Below are positions 52,101 through 64,000 of a DNA stretch of 64,000 bases, one piece after another. This DNA is from the human T2T-CHM13v2.0 reference genome, Homo sapiens. A program made the position numbers and the translations under genes. The stretch is taken from the NCBI RefSeq assembly GCF_009914755.1, contig NC_060934.1, one strand, 5' to 3'. Within the stretch, counting starts at the first letter, position 1. Each line of letters begins with the position of its first letter. The notes beneath the pieces were generated by a model. That model was not told the DNA's origin, searched no databases, and saw nothing but the letters and a program-made list of their open reading frames with translations.

Positions 52101-54539
52101 AAGGAAGAAATTTCATTGTAGCAACAGGAACACCTGGTCAGGTTAAACTGGCAGCAGGTGTGCTCTGAGAATCTCCTGCCTCCCCTCAGGGCCAGTCCTC
52201 TCCATGCCAAAGAATGGAAGTGGGGCAGAACCCACCCATGAGGAGAGGTGAGGATATAGAAGTACACAGAGGTTGGGACCAAGCCAGACTTTCGGTGGCT
52301 CCCCACAGCTGAAGGATAAATTACAAGCTTTATAACCTGACACACAAGGCTCCAGAAGATCAGGTCCTGCCTGTCATTCCCAAGCACCCCTACAGAAATG
52401 CATTTTGGCTCATTGAACTAGACCCATCCCTAAGTAGCTTCTGCCCCAGTCAGTGACTCCCTCCTCCATGTGCCCAGCTATGAGACACACACCACTCTGC
52501 TCTGTAATGACTCAACTACATCTGTGTTTCTGCTACTTGGCAGGGACCATCTCCCCACATCCACTGTGCTTATCACAGTGCCAGCTCATAGAAGGTAGAA
52601 AATACAGCACAAAACAAATCAGTGTGACCTCAGAGTGGGGCTACTGAATTTATTGACATAAGGAATAAAAGGGACCTTGGGGACGAGCTTGAACTTTACC
52701 CTGACTGCTTCTTTGATCTCAGCCTATAAATCTTTCATAGAAATTCTCGTCTTCCCCCTCCTCATGGTAGGAGGGTGACAGGTGCAACCGGCTGTCATCG
52801 AGTAATGTTTATGAATGATGACAAGAACCCAGGACTTGAGGAGTGTTACTTTTGGGTGTTATTTTTTAACTCCAGAAGACAGCACCTATGAAAAATATTT
52901 TCTGATTTCACTGCCTCTATGCATAAATAAATAAATACGAGGCAACTTGATTTAGTGGAAGAACCGCAGACTTGGTTGAACAGATTTGATTTCAGATTCT
53001 AGCTCTACCACTTAATGGGGAAGTAGGGTGATAGGCTATAAAATTGAGACATTATCCACTAGCCCACAGAGTTCTGAGAATCATTGAAAAATCAATGTAA
53101 TATGCCTAATTCTGAGCTGGGTTCCTATTATACATTCAGCAAATGTCTATCCCTTCCTCCTGCATCAGGGAGCACACCACACCCTCCTTTGTCAGATTCT
53201 ACTCCAGAGTCTCAGAAGATCATTTTTCTCAAAAACTTCCAAATAAATTCTACATAATGCCACACATATCTGTGAGAAAATTCCTTGTATTTAGTGTTCC
53301 CTATTCCGCTAAATGATATGGAGCATCACCAAGGAGGTGAATTCTGGAATCCACTGGGTACAGCACAGGACAAAAGACTTCAGTGTTCCTTTCAAATCCA
53401 AAGATGCCACGAGATTCTTTGGTGCCTATGGATGGCTTTAGCCTCTACAACTCTGAGGATAAAACATGACTGGATTTGCTTCTGTAAGTACCTAAGTTGT
53501 CCATGCCCTGGATGCTCCCAGGACAGCATCCTCAGGAGCAAACCTTCTTCCTCATTAAAACTTCAAGGGGAAATTGGGAAGTTCAGAGAGAAACTCAAAC
53601 TAGGCATGCAGAGGGTGCGAATGCAGAAGAAAAGGACTCTGTAAGTGCATGGGCTGGAGATGGAGCAGATCCTCCAGGGATAATTTTGGCCTGCAATTCT
53701 GCACTGTGTCTAAAGGAGTGATAACCAGCCTTTACCACCAGCAGATCTGGCTCTCAGAAAAGCTCAACCTGGAGACTGAAGTAATGCTGCAAAGGGTTCC
53801 CAGCCAAGTGCAATGATCAGGATCAGGGCTAGCAGAGCCACACAGCCATGTGCCTTTCACAGCCTTCGTTCTGAAACACTTAACTCGGGCTGACCTCTTC
53901 TTTCCTCCTGGCTGTACAGCCTGTGGTCACTCTGCTGTTTCCTTTTTTCACTGTATTCCTATCAGTTCCCCAGACTGGACTGTGACTTCTTTTGTGAGCA
54001 CAGGGCTGCTTCTCTCCTGGGAAGAGGGTCTTTGGGTAACTTGGAACAGCATACCTCTCAATTTTAATTGATAAGAACCTTCCTGTGTCAAGGCCATTGT
54101 CACCGTCCCCACTCCCACTCTCCCCATGGGGCTCGCTTATTACCAGGTGGCCTCAGCATTCTGGGGGATCACTGCACTAGGAATGGCACCACAGGTGAAG
54201 CCAAGGGTATATGTAGGGGTCCAGCCCTGTGAGCTGTAGAGGAAGGCTAAGGTTTGGACAGGGCTCTGACTTAGCAGGGAAGAGGATGCTAAACAGAAGC
54301 TGAAAATTGAACAATCTGGAGACAAGGGCAGTTGGGTTCTAAGGGTGTCCTGATCTTCCCCAAGACACTCAACCTACTAAGTCTATAGTATTAAATAACT
54401 TCATTAATCCCCCTTCCAGTAATAAGAGGGGGAGGTCTCCTTGTCCTCGCAGGGATTAATCGAGATTGGAATGAGACTGAAGGCAGAGGGGGACCTTAAC
54501 AACTAGGGACTGCACCCCAGAGTCATTTTATGCCTCTAA

Positions 54540-54915
54540 TATCCAGCAACACTGGACCTCCATCCCACCTCATGGCCTTTGAGCAGACTCCTTTTGCTGG
54601 CAGGAATGCTCTTCTGCTGCCTTTCTCTCTACACGAGGGATTCCTGGTCATGCTTCAGCATTCAGCTCTTTCCTGAACCCTAGACTAAACCAGGTTGTCC
54701 TGCTATTCATTCCTAAGAGTGCCCTGCCTTTTTCTTGATAGTCCCTAATACCGTCGATAATTATTTTTCATATCTTTTAATTAATGTCTGTCATCTCTAG
54801 GTTATAAGATCCATGAGGCAGAGGTAGCATGGGTTTTGCCTACTGTTTTATCCTTGATACTAGAAGCATAATAGGTGTACAATAACTATTTCCTGAGTTA
54901 AGCGTTAATGAATTA
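54540..54915 (+). mobile_element. L2 3' end
   Basis: TTATAAGATCCATGAGGCAG...TACTGTTTTATCC...ATAGGTGTACAATAACTATTT. Confidence 0.65.
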
Positions 54916-54929
54916 ATGTTGACTGCTTC

Positions 54930-55130
54930 TCTGGCAGCAATGTGCTCAGCATCCTGGTTGTGTCCCCTCATACAAGCCACATAGGATCTAATGTCATTGG
55001 TAATCTCATTGTTTGTATTTTCCAGGTGAGGGAATTGAGGCTTAGAGAGGCTGTCTCGCCTTCCTCAGGTCTCAGACCTAGGAAGTGGTGGTGCCATGAT
55101 TTGAACACAAGCCTGCCTGATGCTCATGTT
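54930..55130 (-). mobile_element. MIR SINE
   Basis: TTTTCCAGGTGAGGGAATTGAGGCTTAGAGAGG...GATTTGAACACAAGCCTGCCTGA. Confidence 0.75.
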
Positions 55131-57662
55131 TGAACTCTACACTGTTTTTGCAGGGGGAGTAGGAACAGGCATTAAGTTTGAAGTTCATGGGCTGGCTAAG
55201 GGTCTTCTCTTCCCTCACTAACCGCACAGCATTGGCATGCCAGTGACTCCTGGGCCTCAGTTTCCCCACTTGTTATGTGGAGGCAGATGAACTAGGTGAT
55301 CTCTGAACATTTGGGGCCTACCAGATTCCTCATGGAGGAGCTGCAGAGTGCTTCCTGGGCCAAGAGTGTTGCTGTATGACTTTCTTATCTCCTCCCCTGA
55401 TAATAGGTGTTCAAGACACTGATATAGAAATGGCAGAAAATGGGATATTCCATCTTGAAGTGAGAGGGGTCTCTTTTCAGATTATCCTGGTCACAGAAAG
55501 TTCTTGCACAGCTCTTCACTTCAGGCCTAGGCCTATGGCCTGTGATCTGCCTTCTTGCCACCCTCTGCCTTTACCATGTGCCAGGCTGGTGGCTCACACC
55601 TTAATGGTTGGAGCTCTATCCCTCCATCCCCCTCCATCCTCTAGAGACACACTGTCACCTTTTCAAATGCCTAGTATGTCCACGTAAGTGATCTACCATT
55701 ATTTCAATCTCACCATTTCAAATTATACCACGTTTCAAACTGTACTCATTATCTTCCCTAATATATACATCTAAACTGTTTTTCAAAGTCCTTGTATCTT
55801 TTAGGGGCCTAACAATGCCCTCAGGCATGAAAGCTAGAAAACTTGTCTAGAGGAAGTCATCACTGACTCCTCTCTTTGCTTCACCCCCTCTTCCCGCCAG
55901 TCCCAAGCCCTCCAATTGCCCTTTGCAATGTTTCAGGGAGAGACCCCCATCTGGTTGTAGCCATTCCCACCCTCCTAGGCAGGTCCAAGTCAGATTATAC
56001 CTAACTGTCTGTGGGAGCCTTCCTGCCAGTCTTCCTGCTTTGACCTCTCTCATTTCAACCCACATTGCCACCCTTTGCCCCTAGTACCGTTTGGAGTCAA
56101 AGGTCAGTCAATCGTAGGAGTCAGAGGTGGTGAGAACTGGGTCAACCAGCAATGTCAGGTTTCGGTTGGGCCATGGGTTGGTGAAAGCTTTCTTGGACAT
56201 TGCTAGGAACACAGCAGGAGCCAGTTCCTAGAACGTGGATTTCCACAGTGGTTCCATGCTGCCGGGAAACGTAACTGCTGGATCTGTTTTATTTTTCAAT
56301 CTGCCACGGGAATCTTCAGTTTACTTGCTCCTGATGTCAGCATCACTTCACTCTGCAAACCTCACCCAGTGGCCTAGCTGGGCTGCTCTAGGCACCGTCC
56401 CACCCACACCAGGCTTATTCCTGCCTCTTTCATACAATTCATCTCCACCTGGGAAAACTTCCCCCTTCATTTTTCACCCACAAAATCCACACATATTTCA
56501 AAGCCAAAGCCTTGCCCCACCTTGCTTCCAATCTCTTTCACCATTTCCAGGTCTCCCCAACCCCCAGCACATAGGTGATTCTTGTAGCTCATTTAGCCTC
56601 CACTTAGGTCTCCTCAATGGTTTTTAACTACCTTCTAACCCATTTACTCATCACTTCAAGAAGCTAAAGACATGGCAAGCTCCTTAAGCACGGGAACTCT
56701 GCCTGGCCCTCCCCCAGCCCAGCACAGCCTGGAGCCATGACATAAGCTCACCAAGGGTTGTTGCTGGGTTGGTAGTGATAAAGGGTCAGGTGAGTTACTC
56801 TGTCAGAAGCTAAGTGCACAGACCCACAACCTTCATATCCTAGGAACAAACAACATGGTAAGGATTCTGTTAGCTCAGAAGCCACGATCTCCACTTCTAT
56901 CTGCATGGTTACAGCTCTAGCTGCTCACCCCAGAAACATCCTGTGGTAGCCTTGATCAGTAAATGCCCTAATTGCAACACCCACAATTTGGAGTAGCTGC
57001 TTGTGACTTCAACTAGAAAACCTAGGATGTGCAGGAATAGAAAACCCCAAGGGACACATCTATATATGTACATCGTTGAAAACCCTACATGGAGAGCTAT
57101 TTAAGATTCAAGTTGATCTTGCAACTGCCTGCAGCTTCTCCAGATTCTAAAGCCCCATAAAGGACTTTCTCTTGTAAAGAAAGGGAGTACTCAAACACAT
57201 CTATACTTATCCCTTTCTAAAGGATCCAGGAAAGACCCCTGAAAAACGTAGCGTGGGTTTCCAGGGGCATAAAAAGACTATAGACTATTAACGATGTCAG
57301 TGACAATATGGAGTGAGGATGTTTGTATCCAACGTCTATGTCCATTTGAACTTCCCCTAACCTCCCACACCCTCACTCAGATTAGGTGTGTCCTCTTCCT
57401 CCATCTAAAAGCATTCCTTTACAGTCATCCATTCTGCCATTGACATCAAAATTTCCTTTTTCTTGAAAAAAAAAATCCTTCCTCTTTATTCATTGTCCTT
57501 TACTATAACTCAAACTCCCATGCTTGTTGTTTTCAAGCCCACTGCAGCCTCTGTAAACATCCTATGGACAATGTGCCCAAATGTCACAGCTTGCATTGCC
57601 GCTTTCTGCAGCCACAGGGCGATCCTGAGGTCCTGCAATGTTCGGCTGGCGACGCCTGTATC

Positions 57663-57699
57663 ACAGCGACATCTGCTGGAAGAAGCTTCACACTGCAGC
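57663..57699 (-). promoter_or_regulatory. Predicted bipartite CTCF site (core plus upstream module)
   Basis: The minus strand reads GCTGCAGTGTGAAGCTTCTTCCAGCAGATGTCGCTGT: core CCAGCAGATGTCGCT plus an upstream TGCAGT at 12-nt spacing, in a locally CpG-retaining unique region. Confidence 0.65.
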
Positions 57700-57962
57700 T
57701 AATGATACCACCGTGCCTCTGCCCGGGGATCCACACAACAGGTGCCCAGGGGCGCAAGGCAGCCCGACTGCTTCGAGGCTAGTTTACACCTATATGACCC
57801 ACTTCCTGCCAGCTCTGAACAAAAGAAAAAGTAATTAATATTCACCAGGCATTCCCTGTGTGTGCCAGATAGATGCTAGGTGCTTTCCATACGCAAAATA
57901 AGATGCTGTCATCACCCCAGGAACAGCTGGTAGGATTCTTGTTCAAACGAAGCAGGCACGCA

Positions 57963-58415
57963 GGTTTTTTTGGTTTTGTTTTTGTTTGATTTTGTTGTTG
58001 TTTAAACTTTTGTTTTAATTTGTGTGGATACATAGTAGGTGTACAGATTTATGGGGTACATGAGATGTTTTGATACAGGCATACGGTGCATAATAACCAC
58101 ATCATGGGAAATGGGATATCCATCCCCTCAAGCATTTATCCTCTGGGCTAAAAAACAATCCAATTATACTCTTTTAGTTATTTTAAAATGTACAATTAAG
58201 TTTTTATTGACTATAGTCACCCTGTTATGCTATCAAATACTAGGCCTTATTCATTCTGGTTTTTTGTACCATTAACCATCCCTACCTCTCCCTTACCTCC
58301 CACTACCCTTTCCAGCCTCTGGCAACCAACCTTCTACTCTCTACATCCATGGGTTCAATTGTTTTACTTTTTAGATTCCACAAATAAGTGAGAACATGTG
58401 ATGTTTGTCTTTTTG
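57963..58415 (-). mobile_element. L1MA (1-4-like) 3' end fragment
   Basis: GGATACATAGTAGGTGTA...TTTATGGGGTACATGAGATGTTTTGATACAGGCAT; TSD AGGCACGCA / AGGCACACA. Confidence 0.88.
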
Positions 58416-58619
58416 AGGCACACATAATTTGAATGCTGCTGTCTGACTCTAGCAGCAGATCTGAAGTTTCAAGGCCTAAGATGAGGTCCTGTTTATTATT
58501 CTGCTGGAGTTTTAGAAATGATGCCATTAGTCTCTGACATCATCCATCGTTTGACATTTTTATCCAAACACATGTAAGCATTATCATAGGGGGTAGTAAG
58601 CAAAGAAGCAAAGAGATGA

Positions 58620-58800
58620 GGCTTTTATCAAGCATTTACTAAGAGCCAGGACCATTTCATACACCATCACATTTAATTCTCAATCAAAAAGTTGACACCC
58701 TCATTTAATAAATGAAGGCTTGGGAATGCTAATTAATTTGACCAAGTTTGCAGAGCTGGTAATTGGCCTGAAATTTAAACTTAGTGCTCTTTTTTCCAAG
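58620..58800 (-). mobile_element. MIR SINE
   Basis: TTTATCAAGCATTTACT...CATTTAATTCTCA...TAATTTGACCAAGTTTGCAGAGCTGGTAA. Confidence 0.65.
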
Positions 58801-60445
58801 TCCTTTGGGATTTGCTCTTCCTGCAGCCTAAAGCTGTGCTCACATTTCTATGAAGCTGGCCCTCAGTATGTAAGAAAAGTAATTTTTCATCAGCAAAGGC
58901 AGCTTAATAGTAAAGACAGGGCCCCAACATCAGCAAAAGTCAGAAAGAGAAATGGGACCGAAATTCCATTCGGAGCAGAATTATGGATCAGCTGAGCACA
59001 TTTTTTAACTAAAATGCATCACTACCTTTTTGTACTTCCTTGTGAAACATCTTAATAAGTGGGGGGTGGAGTATATAGTCGAGACCATGCTGTGACCATC
59101 TAGTTTGCAAGAAATAACAAATGAGCTGAAACCACCAGGAGATGGATTGGTGCTGAGGGAGAGCAGCCTCTGATTCCAAAGTCAGGACTTAAGTGGCTTT
59201 AGCACCTGAAATAGGTGGACTCCCCATTGGGATCTCTGATGATGACGGGGGGAGAGCAGCTTCGTTGCGGGAGAGAGCAGCTTCGTTGGGTAGGAGAGCA
59301 GCCACGCAGGGTGGAAAGCGCAATCACAGCAAAGTCAGAACACAGACAGCATGAGAAATTCAAGGTCGCAAATGGAGCTGTACAAAGGACATGCCTGGGA
59401 TACCTGAAAAGAGGAGGCTCTGAGAAATCCAGTGACAATGGTAAGGACAGTAAAATTCCCCTTCACAAAAAAAAAGGACCCAGAAAGCCAAGCTGGGGAT
59501 CTATGTGTATGTGAGTGAGTGTGAGCTTGCATGTGTGTGCTCATGTTTAGTGTGAAAAGCCACCATTTACATATGTTCAGAAAATCTTTCTGAGCCCATA
59601 CATTGGCCACTGTTCTCTGCATCTGCCCAGCAGACTCCTCACACTGATCCTCTCTGGCTCCTGATAGTCAAATCCCCAGAGCAGATGTGGACCACGTATA
59701 GAGACCCAGGGAACACCCATGGCAGGAATCATCCCAGCACCATAGTGATGGTGCTCACTGCCCATCTTTCTTCATGTTTCCCACCCCAAATATGCTAGGA
59801 ATCACCGCATTTGGCTCCAGAAAACTGGCCCACCCAGTGCCATCTAGACTGCATGGTTCACCATCCTCTCCAGTGCTGTGACCCCCTACCTGTCTGAGGA
59901 TCAGATGCTAATCTTTCTTAGAGCTTCACAGCTTAGATAAAGTCCTGGGAGTTTCCCTAAGGCAGGGGGCATTTTGTTCCTACCTATCTCCCTGGTGCCT
60001 AACATTTTAGTAGGAGGGATAATGCCTTTAGTGGAGATCCATTATTTATACTTCAGTGGGAATTTCAGAGCTTTCCTTTTACTTTATGAACAAAGAGTGG
60101 TAAACTGCCCAGCTAGGAGAACTGAGCTCAAAAAACCATAGCCTTATTCCAGACTCTGCCTCACCCACATTATGAATGATCTTGGCCTCTCTGAGCCTCA
60201 GTTGTTTCACATATAAAAAGCTTCCCTGAGATTGGGGAAAGGGGAAAGTGGAAAGTGGAGCAACATCATGGAAGTAAATATATTGATGTCAATTGGATAT
60301 TATCCTATAAATGTTTCTAAAATTTTTAAAAGTCAGTATGCAACCGTAAGTAAGTAAGCATTGAAATGGAAATTCGATATTTCCAGAGACCATGTTGCAT
60401 CTAACAGCTGAGTCTGACTCCAGGCTCATCACTAGTTCCAAGCTT

Positions 60446-60490
60446 ATCATCATCATTATCATCATCATCATCATCATCATCACCATCATC
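60446..60490. repeat. (CAT)n trinucleotide repeat, interrupted
   Basis: Directly visible; explains the poly-Met ORF 60289-60489. Confidence 0.95.
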
Positions 60491-60491
60491 T

Positions 60492-60690
60492 TTTTTGAGC
60501 CTATGAGGTGTCAGGACTAAGACTTATAGAGTATCTCATTTAATCGTAAAAAATAACATTCTGAGGTGAATATTAATATTATTTATTCTTGCTGGGTGAG
60601 GAAATCAAGGCTTAGAGAGCGGAAGTCCCTGGCCAAAGGTCTCATGGCCAGTATGTAGCCCAATCAGAATACGAACTCTCAAATGCCTGA
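60492..60690 (-). mobile_element. MIR SINE
   Basis: TCTCATTTAATC...GGTGAGGAAATCAAGGCTTAGAGAG...GCCAAAGGTCTCATGGCCAGT. Confidence 0.75.
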
Positions 60691-63600
60691 GAGAAAGCAC
60701 ATGCTTGTACATGTAATCCCTTCCAGCAAATGACCCATGGGACTGAGTCCTCTGCAGGAATGCTGATTCTATGCAGGATAACTTCCCTAACATCTCAGCT
60801 TTGGTGTTTGACAACCAAAGGCTAGGAATTATTTTATAATTCTTATGAGAGCCCTAACCTCAAAGTCACTGAACTGGAGAAAACAAATTGAATTTCCTTT
60901 TAAGTGCTAGCACTCCAGGTGTCCCTAGTGCCAGGCTGGCTGAGAAGGATGCAGGTGACATCCATGGGAAGAATGTCAATGTTGAATTAGCTGATTAGAT
61001 TCTTACCTCATAACCTGAGGGCAGGCACACTTAGCTCTTCTTCCGTGTGGAAGATAGCAACTAAGAAGTCTGCAGCTACTTAAATTCACTGTTCGTTGAT
61101 CTGCTGTGGTTTGCAAATGACCCCTCTGGTAACATAAGTTAAGCATCCTTAAAGGAGCTATAAAATCTAATATCCCCTGACCTATCACTAACACTAACAA
61201 GTGCCCAAACCTTTCTTTTCTCAGAGAGGGCCTGGGGCTCCCAGCTCACGGGCAAGCCTTGAGCTCACCAAACATTGTTCCTGATGGGCCCTATCCACAC
61301 TGTTGTCAGGATGGCTTTTACAAATGGAATCCCAATTGCCCAGAGAGCAAGTGAATGGTCCAAAATTGCACCCTCCCTATAGAAACTCTAGCCAAGGCCA
61401 GGAGAAAGAAGAAAGTGGTAAAGGTATTCTTCTGAGTATTTTCAGAGCTCACTGATTTATCCAAAAATAATTAATAAGTACAAACTCCCTGCCAGGTGCT
61501 GGATCTCAGGGAAAGCAAAGAAGGAGATGCTTGCCCTGCTCCCAAAAGGTGCCCCAAGTCTGTGGATTCTCTTTAGTTGAATAGACAAATGTATCGAAAG
61601 AGCATGGAGATATAGTGTGATGAGTGTGTTCATCAGGAGGCGTTCAAGACAGTAACCTATATGGGCCTATAAGGGCGACAGTAACCTATATGCTGGTGAC
61701 CAGGTGGACTTCATAAGGGAAGGGTCCCAAGAGCTGGGTCTTAAATAAAGTACAATTTCCAGCAGAGATCCCCTGGAGGTCTTGCTTGAAGTTGTCGCTC
61801 TGTCCTTCCCTTGAGTTTGGAGTGATTGATCACAGGCAGAGAAAACTGGGAAGCAACTTAATATGTCTCTAGGTGGCTGTTGAAAGGGGAGAAATTGGTA
61901 AAAGGATGCCTGGTGTAAGAACCAAGAAAGAAATGACTGTCAGAGACTGAATGGCCAACAGCATCCCCAAAGACCACAGAGCCGAGATTATGATGGAGGA
62001 TGCTATTTTTCTGACCTGGGGGAGAGATCCTTTGCCCTGCTAGTTAGGGAAGTGGGGGTGATCCTATGGGGTTTTTTACAGGCTATTTCAATATATGTAA
62101 ATCACAGCAGCTTCATGGAGAGCTGCTCAGAGAGCAAGCAAAGAAAGGAAGAATTGGGGGAAGGGGTGTTGCCGCCTCTACTGTGATCCGAACAGCGGCT
62201 GCAGCTGGGCTTATTATTTCTTGCAGTGTGGCTCTTGCCACCAGCGACAAGATGAATTTTTCAACAAGAGCCTTGCTGATGCTTTTCTCTGTTCAAGCCC
62301 AGACAAGAAAAATAATCATCTGTTAGAACAAAACACAGAAAATAAAAACTATCTTCACTTACAGATCTTTTTCGTTAACATACAAATGCTTTAGAGGGGA
62401 AATAAACTTTTGATAAAATTAGATGAGGCAACTCAAGAAGAGAGCAATCAAAGGAAAATGGAAGGAGCCAATCATTCAGCGGGGGTCAGAGATTCAGAGC
62501 CAATGATGATAGAATTGCTGGAAAGTCAAAGAAGGAAGGTGGAGACTGCCAGCCTGAGTCACTGGATTATATATTGTGGGGCTCTATGAGGGCTTTGGGG
62601 ACAGTAGTTTTCATTTCCTATGTTCTGCTGGAAAAGCAAAAACATATGGGAAATAAAAGGGTTAGCTTCCATTGGAGTGGCCATTGATGTTGCCCTGAGA
62701 AATGTGGTTCAATGGCAGCAATGGAAGCTACGCTTGACCTCCACGTCCACTTTTCTGGGTTATCTCAGATAGTGTCTTTCTAAACCTTCCCTGACAGTTT
62801 TTCTCTCATCCCCAAAACTCCGAGATGCCTATCATGATGGATTGCCCTTGCCTGTGTCCAACTCAGCCTCCCTTACTGGGAGAAGAGCCCCTCACGGGGG
62901 AACTGACTTTATGCCTTGCACCTGAGATAGGGCTTGGCACAGAGCAGGGCTTGTTTCATGGTGGTTGATAGTAGTAAGAACTCACACTGAATTGTACAGT
63001 TGAAGCAATAAGAACTGTTAACCAAGCTTGTTGCACAGCCAGTGCCTCTAAACACATCTCCAAAGCCATTGCTCCAAACGATCTCCAGCAGCATCAACCG
63101 CTTGCTACATTGTCCCACTTTCAGTTCAAAATGTGCCAACTGAATTCATTGGTTTATTTTCCCAAGCTGCTTCTGACTTTCCTCATGCCATAGTAGCCCT
63201 GGATTTCAGCTCCTTGGATATGTGGCTAAGTCCACCTTTTCCCATGCCTCCCCCATCCCTCCACTGCAGATGAGGGTTCATAAACTATTTGAATAGAAAA
63301 TCATCGGGGGTCCATCTAGGTCCCTTTTCCTGATGCTCCGAAGGATTGAACGTGAGTATACCCCTTCACATCCTGGCAGATTTGAGAAAAAGTGACTCAT
63401 TCTCTGGTTGTTAGTGACTGGGCTCTGGATGGACTTTCAAGATCTCTTACAAAAGAACTAGAAAATAGTATCAAGGGGAGAAAAAAGAGAAGAAACTAGA
63501 TAGAGTGGTTCTGACAAAAAGAGATAAGGATGGGACTTTTCCTGATGTTAAGAAGATGTCAGAGAATGGAGGAGGGGAGAAGCAGTGAGGGTGCTTATGC

Positions 63601-63935
63601 GGCCATGCCGGAGCCTGAGGGTTTCTCCTGAGGAAAGTGACACTAAAGGAAATTGAGCACGGGGATCCAGCCAAGGAGCCCTGGGAGTGATGCTGTGCAG
63701 GTTCCCAGGAGCTGTGGAAACTGAGTCACCACCAGAAGACTTCACCCCCTACATGCAAAGTCTCCCTTTGGCAGAGTGGATGGCATCTCGTCAGTATTCA
63801 GCCTCTCCTTTGCCAAATGCCCTGCAGGAGGGGCACTCCTCGATGTCTTGGATTTTGCTCCAGCCCTACATAGTAGCCAGCCTCCAAAATGGCCCCTTAT
63901 CATCCCCACCTCCTCGTATTTACACCCTTAGTAGC

Positions 63936-63948
63936 CTCTCTCTCTCTT

Positions 63949-63981
<33 letters not shown>
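63936..63981. repeat. (CT)n microsatellite
   Basis: Directly visible. Confidence 0.95.
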
Positions 63982-63985
<4 letters not shown>

Positions 63986-64000
63986 TGCTCTGAGGAAACA

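Overview
This is human genomic DNA. It has moderate GC, is CpG-depleted, and contains a young AluYa5, a largely human-specific subfamily. It reads as repeat-dense intronic or intergenic sequence, and I recognise no protein-coding gene or structural RNA gene. The only ORFs with recognisable homology are L1 ORF2 relics and Alu- or microsatellite-derived frames. The window holds about 10 Alus, several old and primate L1s (three large, nested ones), LTRs (THE1B, MLT1, MLT2A, MLT2D, MER68), DNA-transposon MITEs (MADE1, MADE2, MER58), many L2/MIR fragments and microsatellites. I found no evidence of a new gene system. The notable signals are mutational fossils and one regulatory site. (1) An inverted pair, a diverged AluY and an AluYa5 about 2.8 kb apart, shares a 70-bp perfect tract carrying both Ya5 diagnostics and private mutations, which points to gene conversion. 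(2) A multi-segment templated insertion with fold-back copies lies inside an MLT2D. (3) A fold-back inverted duplication sits at a deletion junction in an old L1. (4) A younger L1 3' end with a possible short transduction is inserted in register into an L1PA7-like element. (5) A bipartite CTCF motif has canonical spacing. (6) There are two candidate exons and a MADE1 hairpin. Subfamily names come from my recall of consensus sequences, not from a database search, and boundaries of old repeats are approximate.
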